A stretch of 56,728 nucleotides of DNA, filler included, from Catajapyx aquilonaris (lineage: Eukaryota): assembly GCA_000934665.2 (NCBI GenBank). It is 3 parts of 3 records of this genome, joined end to end, with 100 filler letters (N's around TTAATTAATTAA, not from the genome) between each part and the next. Parts side by side here need not be neighbours in the genome. Positions count along the whole stretch, not along the records: positions 18,987 to 37,830 come from JYFJ02006595.1; positions 37,931 to 56,728 come from JYFJ02006596.1; 1 more part is not named here. One strand, 5' to 3'. The notes under the pieces were generated by a model. That model searched no databases. It had not been told where the DNA came from and saw only the letters and a list, made by a program, of their open reading frames with translations. Below, piece by piece: positions 36,201-47,683 of this stretch. A program made the translations under genes and the position numbers. Numbering within the stretch: position 1 is the first letter of the stretch; each line of letters starts with the position of its first letter.

Positions 36201-36689
36201 GTATTAACATACAGTACAAAATTCCTTTATGTTCACGTAAAAAGCCTCTCTCAAGTTGGTGTTCTAAATGGCGCTGGCCACGGCCACACAAAATGTTCCA
36301 CTTCTTCCGCCAGATAACGGCCGACTATAAGGATGGAGGGCTGATTGGCCCTATCTGATGGGGAAAGCGTGTGAAAGTGTAGGCCACACTGCAGCACTTG
36401 AGCACGTACAGTGATTCATGCGGAGGCTGCACTGAAGCCCACCTGTGCCGCAATCAGAAGGGTTCGAGGTGTGATGCAACCCATATGTTCTAAATCTCCC
36501 AACCTTCCGCCTCGAGGCCGCCCCCCCTCCCTCGGTTATATACTCACCAACAAAAGAAACCCTCTCCTTGTTTGCACAGTCCTCTGTGAGACGGGGTAGT
36601 CCAGATGGGGAGGGGGACGATGATGATGGCCCAGCTGCCTCCAGAGGATTCTACAGGAGGAAAAGGGTGGTGGTGTGGAAAGGAAGGAA

Positions 36690-36704
36690 GGAAGCTTCCA
36701 GAAT
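36690..36704. promoter_or_regulatory. Heat-shock element nGAAnnTTCnnGAAn upstream of DnaJA
   Basis: gGAAgcTTCcaGAAt, a perfect three-unit HSE; minus-strand TATATAA at ~36536-36542 and CCAAT at ~36344. Confidence 0.7.
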
Positions 36705-36819
36705 GATTCTATAGTAACGCTTCTCTTCAAACTACTGGGGATCGTTCATCGTTGCCCACTATAAAATATCGATCCACATCACTACGGGGGATCGCCCGTC
36801 GCTATGGAGAACCAGCTGC

Positions 36820-37830
36820 AGGGAAAGGGGGAAAAAAAAACAAACAAAAAAACAAAAATGGAACGTACAAAACAAAATTAGGGAAAAATTTGCGACAATT
36901 TTTTGCACAGTTTATGCAGAAAAAAAAAAAATGTGGGACGTGCCGAGAAATGGCACACAAGATGGAGAACATGCCCTTCAAAAATTGGCCCCCCAGAAAT
37001 TTCATATATATTGTACGTACCGGTACGTAATTTGGACATGTTCGCAATATTGTACAGAGGGGTTTAAAAAATTCTACAAAAAAACATGTCAACAATTGGA
37101 AGATTATATTCAGCGTCAAGATTTGCATAATTGGCAATTTGGAAAAATTTGCGGCACAGATTAATGTGCGAAAATGTCTGGCAAAAAAAAAAAAAAAAAA
37201 AAATGGTAGGAGATTTCCCATAAGACATGTTCAACAACTGGGGAAAAATTTGGCTCCAATTTTTTTTTGCACAATTGGGGNGTCTGGCAAAAAAAGGGAA
37301 CTGGGAGAAAATTTGGCTCAATTTTTTTTGCACCAATTGTGCAAAAAAAATTAGCCACATTTTCTCCCAGTTCCCTTTTTTTGCCAGACATTTTCGCAAA
37401 TTTTCAACAGTTTTTGTAATTGGGGGGCACGTTTTGGGGTAGAGAATGTGCGAAAATGTCTGGAAAAAAAGGGAGAAGATTTCCTACAAGACATGTTCAA
37501 CAACTGGGGCGAAAATTTGGCTCCATTTTTTTTTTTTTGCACAATTAGGCGGAACATTTTGGGGCAGAGAATGTGCGAAAATAATGTGGCGACGGAAACA
37601 TATGCTGCATGACCAACAATAGGCGAAAATGTGGATTTAAACAAAAAATAATTGAGAAGAAAAACCATTTTGGGCAACAATAGGGAGAATTTTTTTAGCG
37701 ACATTTTTTTTTTGCATAATTGACAATTTGGAAAAAAAAAATGGGGCAGCGAATGTGCGAAAATGTCTGGCAAACATGGAAAATAACTACATGGACAACG
37801 CAATAATTGGCGAAAATATCCCAATTTGTG
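36820..37830. repeat. Low-complexity A/T-run repeat with internal palindrome 37282-37389
   Basis: recurring aatgtgcgaaaatgtctggc and aagacatgttcaacaactgggg; gtctggcaaaaaaagggaactggg...cccagttccctttttttgccagac. Confidence 0.7.
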
Positions 37831-37930
37831 NNNNNNNNNNNNNNNNNNNNNNNNNNNNNNNNNNNNNNNNNNNNTTAATTAATTAANNNNNNNNNNNNNN
37901 NNNNNNNNNNNNNNNNNNNNNNNNNNNNNN
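37831..37930. other. Artificial contig spacer N44-TTAATTAATTAA-N44
   Basis: identical to 18887-18986. Confidence 0.97.
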
Positions 37931-39273
37931 CACAAAGGAAAGAAGTGAAATCTTCTTTGGTAAAAGCATTCCAAGTCGAGGAGTTCCCACACATTCCTGA
38001 GAACTGTGCGTACATTATATAGACGGTAGGTGGACATCTGTACCGTGTAGTATGGCCCCGACATGACGATTGTTATCCAACCTTAATACGGGAGCAACTG
38101 TGTGGTGGTTTTCGATGGATACCCTGATTATCCTACAACCAAATGCTGTGAACAGCAACGAAGAGCTGCCAGAAGAACCTCTGCTACAATTGATCCATAA
38201 GAAAATACAGAAACGATAACAATGCAGGCTGAGTTCTTAGCAAACAGAAGAAACGAAAAAATCAATAGAACTGCTTTCAAGACACTGCCTGTCATCAAAC
38301 ATACAGGTGAGGTTGGCAGAATCAGATGCTGATACCATGATTGTTTCAACAGCATTAGAGAGGTAAATTGCAGGCAATGAAGCTATTGCTAAAGGACAGT
38401 TTCCTGAGGGAAGGCATGAAAGTTTTTAACGCTCCTTCTTCAACCAAAGAAGAGGTAGCTGCTGCAGGAGAAGACTTTTTACTTCGCTTATATGGATTAT
38501 CAAGAAGTTATACCTTAGATGCTTTGCGCTACTACAGATCGTCTGCCATCTTCTAAATATCCAAACAGCCAGTCGGCAAAACGTTGACCTCGCGTCTCTG
38601 CCTCCAACTAGTGATGCTGCAGCACAACATTCATACCGGGCGTATCTATAAGTTCAGAATTGGAAAGGTATAACAGGATGACCCCTTCTGACTAGGGGTG
38701 GATACTAAAGAGAGACAGTTTCACACTCGTGTCTATGACAAAAAAAAAACGCTCCTCAGGAATTGTTAACGCTAATATCGTGTACCTGTAAAATCAACTC
38801 TGCCAACAGATGTAAATGTAGAAAATCTGGAATGAAGTGCTCGACTATGTGTAGAGAGTGTCAAGGACTATATCCTGCATGAATTCCGAAGATATTCAGT
38901 CCGATGAAGATGATGATAATGTCTAGTAGGCCTACTTGTGTATATTGCAAGTAGAGACTTTTCTTTTTCGCTGAACTATTATACTATATCTGGCATAATC
39001 GATAATGGCAAGGTTTATCAAAAGAAGGCTAAGAATAAATGATGTGGGCAATTGCACAGCAAACATTTTTGTTTAAAAACATGTGTAGTTTCCGAGATAA
39101 GTGTGAAATATGGGATTTAGGCTGCCATTTTCCAAGGTGGCGGCCGTCACACAGCCTTGATTTTCGAGGATTTTTACTATGTTATAAGGGTGATCAAATA
39201 CTACACATATACCAAATATCTCGCTTGTAAGGATTTTTTAATACCTCATTTTCATAAAATGACTGGATCACTA
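37931..39273 (+). mobile_element. Degenerate AcademX-type transposon 3' part (XPG/PIN-like nuclease + Cys-rich finger) with right terminus
   Basis: Broken frames give CVVVFDGY, EFLANRRN, ESDADTMIV, AAGEDFLLRLYG, LPPTSDAAAQHSYRAY, APQELLTLISCTCK..RCKCRKSGMKCSTMC; ends ...aatgactggatcacta. Confidence 0.75.
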
Positions 39274-39332
39274 TTTGGCCAGCATAATGTAGCCATGGGT
39301 CACGTTATATAATATTATTTTATATTATAATA

Positions 39333-39763
39333 ACCCTTACAAGCAAGAGATTTGGTAGCCTATGTGTAGTATTTGATCACCCTTGTAACATACTAAAAGT
39401 ACTCGAAAATCAATGTTGTGTGACCCCAAACCCCAAAATCCCATTTTTCGACATATATTGAACAAAGGAAATTAGATTTCTGGCATAATGGCAAGGTTTA
39501 TCAAAAAATGATAAGAATAGATTTTATGGGCAATTGCATAGCAAACATTTTTTGTTTTAAAGACATTTTGATAACATGTGTATTTTCCGAGATAAGAGTG
39601 AAAAATTGGATTTCGGCCGCCATTTTTCAAGATGGCGGCCGTCGCACAGCATGGACTTCCAAGGACTTTTAGTATGTTACAAGGGTGATCAAATACTACA
39701 CATACACCAAATCTCTTGCTTGTAAGGATTTTTTTACCTAATTTTCATAAAATGACTGCACTA
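39333..39763. mobile_element. Non-autonomous derivative of the same Academ-type family
   Basis: 39480-39763 repeats 38990-39273; 39335-39425 is the inverted copy of 39640-39727; ends aatgactgcacta. Confidence 0.7.
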
Positions 39764-39835
39764 TTATACGCATGCGCAGCTGGTGTAGGCAGCGGGCTTT
39801 GTCGAAATAATTTTTTAAAATGACTTTCTTTGCAG

Positions 39836-40637
39836 GCTAACAAATTGAAAGCAACAGAGGCAGAACGTCAATGTATCGAAAAGGAGATGTACCAATTGAC
39901 AGTTGAAAAAATCAAGAAAGAAGCTGAAGGAAAAACGATGATTGCTCAGCTAGAGTTTGAACTGAAACTTAGTGAAGCGAATAAAGAGGTATGAGCCACT
40001 TTGGAACATTGAAATAAAAGCATGGTTCACAGTACAATTGAAATATTTCTTGCGAAATGTGTTCTCAATTTCAGCAATTTTGAGCACTTTAACTACTTAT
40101 TAGTCGCCAAACAACAAGTTATTTCAAATTCATTTGAATAATTTTCAGAGACGCAAACCCTCAAAGCCAAAGTGTCTTCCCCAAACCATCAGAGTCACTT
40201 TCTATCCCAGAGGACAACCTGCAGGCAACTCCCAAGAATTCGCAGAACCAACAGAATACCATAAGGACTTGGAGAGTTTAATGGATGAGATTTTCGCACG
40301 ACACAACCCGTTGAATCAGACCTTCCGTATGCCTAGGAATCAGCGACAATTGGATGCCATCAACAATGCTGGTTACTCTATTCTTGCGCCAAGTTAGTCG
40401 AGAAAATTTAACAAGAGCAACTTGAGCAAAATATGTTCAAGTCTTGCTGGTTTAATTTGCAATTTGCAATTTTCTTTCCGCCAGATTTTCAATCTGATTT
40501 TTGGGATATAATAGATAGTTTTGAGGACATTGTCAATCTATGGAAAGACAACTGCAAGGACACCTTCGATCTCTTCATTGTTCACCGGAATGAGCAAGAG
40601 GATAGGTGGTCTGAAGTCCGTCAATGCCGAAAATAAT
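39836..40637 (+). CDS. Coiled-coil family paralog A, 3' exons only (5' end lost or displaced by Academ elements)
   Basis: exon-like segments ~39836-39988, 40149-40391, 40484-40637; LPQTIRVTFYPRG...DLESLMDEIF and SFEDIVNLW...FIVHRNEQEDR align with paralog B. Confidence 0.5.
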
Positions 40638-41013
40638 GAAACATGACAATTGGATTGGAAAAATCATGATGTGCGACACATTTTGAGTGAATTCAATAAA
40701 CTCTGGGTTAAAAAAAATTGGACCTGTCATTGGTGTCTCAGGTGAAACATAATTTGTGACAAAATCCGACATGCAAGCTTATGCAGGAAGTTATAATTAT
40801 GTGGAACCATTATTTCCAAGCATGGAAAAAAAAATCCGAACAACATAAGCAGGAAATGACTGCCTTATCTTACTTTTGATAACGTGGTCTTTGTTTGATG
40901 TGTGGGCTTAGACGCATTTGGAAAGGATAAGCATGATTTAAATGGCATTAATTCACGTGGTTATGATATTTCTGGTGTTTTATTGATCTGATTTCATCTA
41001 CAGAGGCCGTAAT

Positions 41014-41175
41014 CTGGTGCAGGCCCCTAGATGACTGACCACGTTGAGGTGCTGCCCCAAGTGGGCCATCATCTTCATCTCGTCCACCAGGCTCCTCATC
41101 TGGACCACGGAAGCTGGAGGCTTGACGGTCTTTCCCGCCACAACCACCACTCCGTCGTTTCCATCTATTCCAACA
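41014..41175 (-). pseudogene. Receptor tyrosine kinase (PDGFR/VEGFR, Pvr-like) N-lobe fragment, copy 1
   Basis: VVVAGKTVKP...SLVDEMKMMAHLGQHLNVVSHLGACT. Confidence 0.75.
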
Positions 41176-41329
41176 GCTTCTTGCCTCCAACTTCTTTCTT
41201 GTCCTTTGAATGCCATAAGCTCCATAAGCAGTGAATTCTCCACAACCTGTGGAAAAGCAGATAGAATTCATAATTTTATCATAATTTCATCACAGAATTC
41301 ATATACCATAATCATCTTCCTCACTTTCA

Positions 41330-41533
41330 GGAAAGATCAGGTCAGTTTGGAGTGGTCTACTTGGCTGATGATGTCGGAATAGAAGGAAGCGACGGGGTGG
41401 TTGTTGTGGCGGCAAAGACCGTCAAGCCTCCAGCCTCCGTGGTCCAGATGAGAAGCCTCCTTGACGAGATGAAGATGATGGCCCACGTGGGGAAGCATCT
41501 CAACGTGGTCAGTCTTCCAGGGGCCTGCACCAG
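41330..41533 (+). pseudogene. Receptor tyrosine kinase (Pvr-like) N-lobe fragment, copy 2, inverted relative to copy 1
   Basis: SGQFGVVYLA...VVVAAKTVKP...LLDEMKMMAHVGKHLNVVSLPGACT; no C-lobe nearby. Confidence 0.75.
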
Positions 41534-42294
41534 TATCGATGAGTGGTGTGGCCTTGGACCAGAAGTGACGTGACCTTTGACATTCCAGCACTTGTGATGC
41601 GCATCATCTCCATACATCTACATAAGAAGTGTTACCAAGTGTAATCTCACTTGCTTATGAACCTTGCATGACATATTCCTTACCGTTCAAATTGAGAGGC
41701 TGATAAGCACAGAATGTCCAGAACCCATCTTGGTCGCACTGTTCGCTGAATAGTGCAGTGCACAAAAATAGTGTACGTCTGCCACACACAACTGAACTAT
41801 TCTGATAAAGTTGGACCTGCTTCCTTTCAGTTTGCTATTGCGGTAACCCACATCCATGGTGTACGCAGGAAATTCGTGGCAATGTTGACTCTGAAGTACC
41901 TCGTAGCTATGTAGTAAAAGAATAAAATATATTTGTCATTTCTACTGTAGTAACAAGGTGTAAGCTCTCATGCTGGCAAATATGATGCATTTCTTGGGGA
42001 AGAAAAATTGGTGTCACAAGACTGTTATGATTTGGTGGAAAGATCAAAAAATCTTCCCCTCTCCATCTGCACTGTCGACTTCAGCAGAGCATTACCCTCT
42101 GTACACTGCACCACCTACGCTTTCTGTGACGTAATTGCACGATAAGAGTTATCATCACGTGAGAACAATATCACAAGACCTGTCTGAATGCCTTGTGAGC
42201 GAAAAAAAAGAAATGTAAATAAGGAAAGTGATTGTGATGTGCTGCCACCACTGCTGGCGAATGTGTGCTTAACTCAGCCTCTGTGAAGCCAACC

Positions 42295-44220
42295 ATGGCG
42301 GAAGTTGGTGCTAGAAGGTGAGCTCAATTGAGTTTATAATAATCCGGCATAAGGAGTACAGTACATACACTACGAGTACATTATGCATTTCTAAAAATAA
42401 ATAAATTCTGTTTCTGTCTATCATGTGATATATTTTCTCATTTCCAATAATTAAGTGATCCAGGTTATCCAGTGGTGCTTCAATTGGTGAGGGTGTACCC
42501 AAACCAGAACTTGGATCTAAGTCTTATGCTGAAGGACAAAGACGACCAGATTTTACGAAAGGTTATTATTATTATTATTCTTATTCTTATTCTTATTCTT
42601 ATTCTTATTATTATTTGGACAGACAATTGAGAATGATACTTTGAAAGCAATTCTGGAGAGAGAAACGTACAGCTGGCATGACAGGGTGAAAATCTTGGAG
42701 ACTGAGAAAGCAGCAATAGTAAAGGAGAAGGAGGAAAAGATAAATGAAGTTATGAATTATGCCCGGGTGTTGGAAGATGCTATGATGGTAAGCTCAATAA
42801 ACCATTTTTGGGCTCATAGCTCATAGTGTACAAATTATTACTGATCAAACGTGTACTGATTATAAAACTTTTGTCCTGCATAATAATTTCGCATAATTAT
42901 CAGAAGTCTGCTCAAGAAGCAGAGGAGAACATGGTGGAAGTATCTTCGTCCAAAGAGAAGGCTGCCATGGAAGAGAGGATCGGATCTCTGGAATTAGAAA
43001 AGTCACAACTGCAAAGTGAAATTTTGCAACGAGACGGAAAGATACTGATTTTGGAGAATGAGATGGGACACATGCGCGGAGAAATCAGAGAGCTGGAGAA
43101 GGAAATTGAAAAGAAGGTGTACTGCAATTTTTGTAATGTTCGCATGTCAGTTTTGTCAATCTCAGTACTTTTGTTTTGTCTTGTTTAATAATTATTTGGG
43201 AGAAAAATTCCTGACACTTTTTTGCAAGGTGTCCAAATAATAACTGGCATGAAATTTTTCCTTGCAGGACAACAGACTGAAGAACAGAAAATCAGAAGTG
43301 AATGAATTACAAACCCGTATATCACAAATGTCAATAGAGTTATTGAAAATGGGCTGCGAAGAACGTTTCAGGCAGTCATACCTACAGACTGAAACAGAAA
43401 GACTGAACGAAATGAGAAACACTGTTGAAACTACAGTATGCTATGATTTTGTAGGATTTGCACAGCAGTGTTTTCATACTATATTTTTTTTGCAGAAAAA
43501 CGAATTGGAATTGGCAAGAGCGGATATGGATCAGCATGAGAAGGACATTCGCCAGAAGGAACTATCATATTGCAAAGAATTGGCAGAAGGAAAAGTGGAG
43601 ACAGCGGTGCAAAAGGTCGAAATCAACTTTTTTCGAGAACAAAACCAGGAGGCAAGTCGCATATCGCATATCATAATATTGCAGAATTTTCATATTATTT
43701 TTTTAAAAAATGCATTGCACGAACTATTCCTGAACTATTCTGTTATAAATACACAGGTTGAAAGGCGCTTTAGTCGACTGTTGGACAGGTTCACAAACCG
43801 TGGAGCTGCGATCGAGTGCGGAAGTTCCGTGACCAGACGCTTGGAGTCGCACATAACCGTGCGGAAGGAACGCACCAAGTTGCGTCTCCCCCAAAACATC
43901 GGACTCGTTTTCTATCCCAAAGGAAAGCCAGGAGTTTACCAGGAAGTTGAAGATCTTCCCGAAAACCACGAGGATTTGGAAAATTTTCTGGACAAAATTT
44001 TCCAGCAGAACAACATCCTGAAACAAGATGCCATCCAGATGCCATCAATGGTCGTTGGGTGTCCATCAAGAACTTTGAGGACATGAGCGACCTTTGGGAA
44101 AAGAGACCAGATGACCAGAAGATATTCGTCCTGTCCATTGTCCACCAGGATGAGCGAAATGACCGGTTATCGGACGCTCTGTCCAAGCACGTGATTGATT
44201 GTAGCAATAGGAAAAAGTGA
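42295..44220 (+). CDS. Multi-exon coiled-coil protein paralog B, unknown function; frameshift at ~44045, possible pseudogene
   Basis: E/K/L-rich heptad exons separated by short GT-AG introns; C-terminal domain continues in another frame (SIKNFEDMSDLW...IVHQDERNDR); exon phases at the 5' end not fully resolved. Confidence 0.55.
42562..42615. repeat. (TTA)n/(TTATTC)n microsatellite in an intron
   Basis: direct reading. Confidence 0.85.
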
Positions 44221-45430
44221 AGGTCTCTATTGATTTCATCTCCCAAGGATTATTCGAGGAAAGAAATTATTTCAAAAGCCGATCACACAATTATCCTGTA
44301 AATTGAAAGAAAAAGCTTAATAAGAACTTCGAAAAAGGGATGGAAACAGCAAAGAAAGGTCGTTTGAAAGTTAAAATATTTTTTGTAAGCAAATTTCAAA
44401 GTCTAATTATTCCGACTCACTGTTCAGACAACTATAATGCGAGAAGGCAAAAAACTGGTCTTATTCACTGATGTGCTTCTGATTTAATAAGCTTTAAAAC
44501 ATTTAACCCTTGACAATAATAATACTAGATGGAATAATGAAGTTTTACTTTTAAAATTAATAAACATTAACCCTCATCGTTTTTAAGTACTGCTAGACTA
44601 TAGACAAAGCTGCTTCTTGTCGAACTGGCCACTTCAGTTATTCTGAACGTGAATATTTTATCACATACCATTTGTGCACGCCTACCTCTCATTGTCACAC
44701 GGTGGTCCATTGCAGGCTTGTGTTAATTAACTTTAATGAACCTCGGCATAATGAATATTTAAACATTGCATTTACAAAACGCCTAAATGTCAAACAGAAA
44801 TTGCAGTTTTGGGAAGACGAGTGATAGTTTGGCCTTGGGGAAAATATGCTGCTATATCTTACGTCCTGGATTAATACTGAATTAACCTGTCATTGTTGCT
44901 AAAATTATGGCTCTGTTGACTGCCTGGCTCACTTCCTGTGTGGGACAATAGCAGCCACTGTCATACGTGTTTATGAAGCGTCAGGTTTCTTCTCCGACCA
45001 AGCACGAAATTATTTTCTTATCAGTCGAGATTAGCGAAGAACTCGAAGACTCCGGTCGCAGGCTCCACACAAAAATTTATGATGAAGCCAAAAAGAAAAA
45101 AAATCAGTACGTCTGGCCTCAGAGATTGTTGTCATTATAAGGAAGTCGTTTAGTTGTCGATAGAACCAACAGCATATTCACAGTGTCACAGGTCATAAAT
45201 GTGACGAGCGAAATACGAAGCGCATAATATGAAACAATCCCACGCCACATGAGGTGAGCTGAACATGCAACGAGCTCTTCACCTTGACACATGTGACTCC
45301 AATTTCAACGTCTGGGTCTCGGGTTGATGTGGAAGTGACGTCAGATAAAGGGGGGGGGGGGGCTCATAAGCATGTGTTTCGCCAGTTGGAGATCTTGTTC
45401 AAATCAAGACGGACGTAACCGGAAGATCTG

Positions 45431-46800
45431 ATGGAAGTGATGGCTGCATTACCTGCAGAAAAGTGAGTTTTTGTTCACCTAAAATATAACCTTAATGCTG
45501 ACATTTTCCCCCGAAATTAGTATTCCAGACGGTGAACCAGCAGGCGACAATGTTGCTCATGAGCAGTATGAAGCAGCCATCCTGATGGTAAATTTTGCTG
45601 ATATTGCAGCCTTGAAGGCAGCATCGCATGGGAAAGAAGTAAGTGAGCTTCAAACCCGACTGGAAGTCATGGAGACTCAGAAAGCTGAATTGCAATCCAT
45701 GTTGGAAGAGAAGGACAATAAAATTGCTGGACTGACGATGCGCGTACAAGATCTAGGAGTCATTGTGGAGGTAAATCACTTTATTTATTATATCATAGCC
45801 TGCTGGAATCCATATGCAAAATTGAGTTTCAAAAAAAAAAGTATCGAGAACAACTCAATGAATGCAAAAATGAATTAAATCGCACTCACAATTTTACAGG
45901 TTCTCCAGAATCTGGCTCGAGCACCGGTGAAGATATCGCTTGTAGGAAAGGCTGCTATCCAAGAGAGGATCAGATTGCTCGAATCAGAAAAATCCAGCCT
46001 CGTAATGGAAATTTCCGGTCGATACTCGGCCATTCAACGTCTGAAGGAGGACAAGAACTTCTTCTATGAAGAAAAGCAGGAGATAATGAAGAAAATGAAG
46101 AAAAAGGTAACACACTGCTGCACAATGTCGTGTAATTGCAATGTTTCTATAGAGATTCACCTGTAAAAATTAGTCTGTTCTTAAACCTTATTGTGTATCT
46201 GAAACAGTTGCATGTTATTTCTCTTTCTCAGAGAAATGATCTAAAGTGCACAAAATTGGAGGCTGAGCGTATCCAGAGTCAGATCATTAAGGAGAAGAAG
46301 GATCTGATTACTCTAAAATCAGATCTGGAGTTAGCCCAGTTAGGTTTGAACAGTAAAACGGAGAGCCTGAACGACACGAACATGGTTATTAAAATTAAGG
46401 TGGGTTTTGTTCTCGACTGTTGTTAATGCAGCTATTTATAATTACTATTTTTTTTAAATTTGCAGGAGCGTAAAGCGGAAAGAATCACAACAGAAGTGGA
46501 ACTACTTCGAGAGACGTTGCAACAATGCGAACAAGAAGAGGTCGAAATGCTGATAGAGACGCAACATGTTGAAGTCGGACATGCTGGAGAAGGCAACCCA
46601 GAAGTCGAGGAGGTGAGCTGCAAAGTGATCTATGTTCAAAAAAATTTAAATAAATTGTAAGTCACATTTCATCATTGCAGAACCATGCTCTTTCAATTTG
46701 AACTATTAATTACAGATGAATGAACATCAAGAACTTCCAGGACATCATTTCCACCTGCAAAACTAACAACCAGATATGAAAGAATTTGATGTCCCCGGTC
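45431..46800 (+). CDS. Multi-exon coiled-coil protein paralog C, unknown function
   Basis: LEVMETQKAELQSMLEEKDNKI vs B ILETEKAAIVKEKEEKI; KAAIQERIRLLESEKS vs B KAAMEERIGSLELEKS; similar exon layout; 3' end uncertain. Confidence 0.55.
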
Positions 46801-47683
46801 AAGATATACGATGGAATGAAGATGCAATTAACTAGCAGCTGGAGTAGCAAGTAGTTGTGGACATAATATACAGTCATTGTGCAGACTGCAGGTTAATTAC
46901 AGTGCAGTGTTATATTTACCTGCTTCTCTCCAGATGATATATCCAGATGATGAATGTTATGATACTTACATTAATTTTTGTATCATGACATTTGGATACG
47001 AGTATAGAATAGTTCAGGAATTTGCAAAATCTGATGTGGAAAATATCTAATGCAAACACTGTTCTTTGTAATATTTGGAAGTAACGCTTTTATCAATTGG
47101 AATAAAATAATGTTAAAAAACATGCATTCAGTCACTAGCAAAATCATGAGCGGGATTTAACTGTTTATTATTTGATGACATACTAATGTTACTAATCTTG
47201 TCCTAATTTTAAATTGCTTTTCAAAATTCAATTTTAGAACTGGATTGCATGTGTGATTAACTGATAGCACATAATACAAAAAATTTAAAGTAAAATAAAA
47301 TTTCGATGCATATGAATCATAAAGTGAATTATGTCACACATAATCTACTTGTGCATTGCAGCCATGGAATAATAACATTGTCGATTTGCTAGACAGTGTA
47401 TGTCCTTGTGTGGTACAGTATGTGCATGAAATACCTGCAAAGAAAATCCCTTTTCACATTTTGAATGAAAACTACAACGCAATCATTCTGGGCAACTGAG
47501 TAACTTGTGCAATTGAAAGATTTTTCCATAAACATAATTATACCGTTTTTCATATGAACAACAATCGATCAAGATGTTAGGTGCAGTGGTACACATGATG
47601 ATTTTAAGAATATGTATCTGGGACGCATTTAACGATCAATATTGCAGCGAATATATCGACAATAATTCTGAGGCATATTTTGT

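Noticed and set aside
36752..37824. Multiple K/F-rich ORFs
   Set aside because: Translations of A/T-run low-complexity repeats
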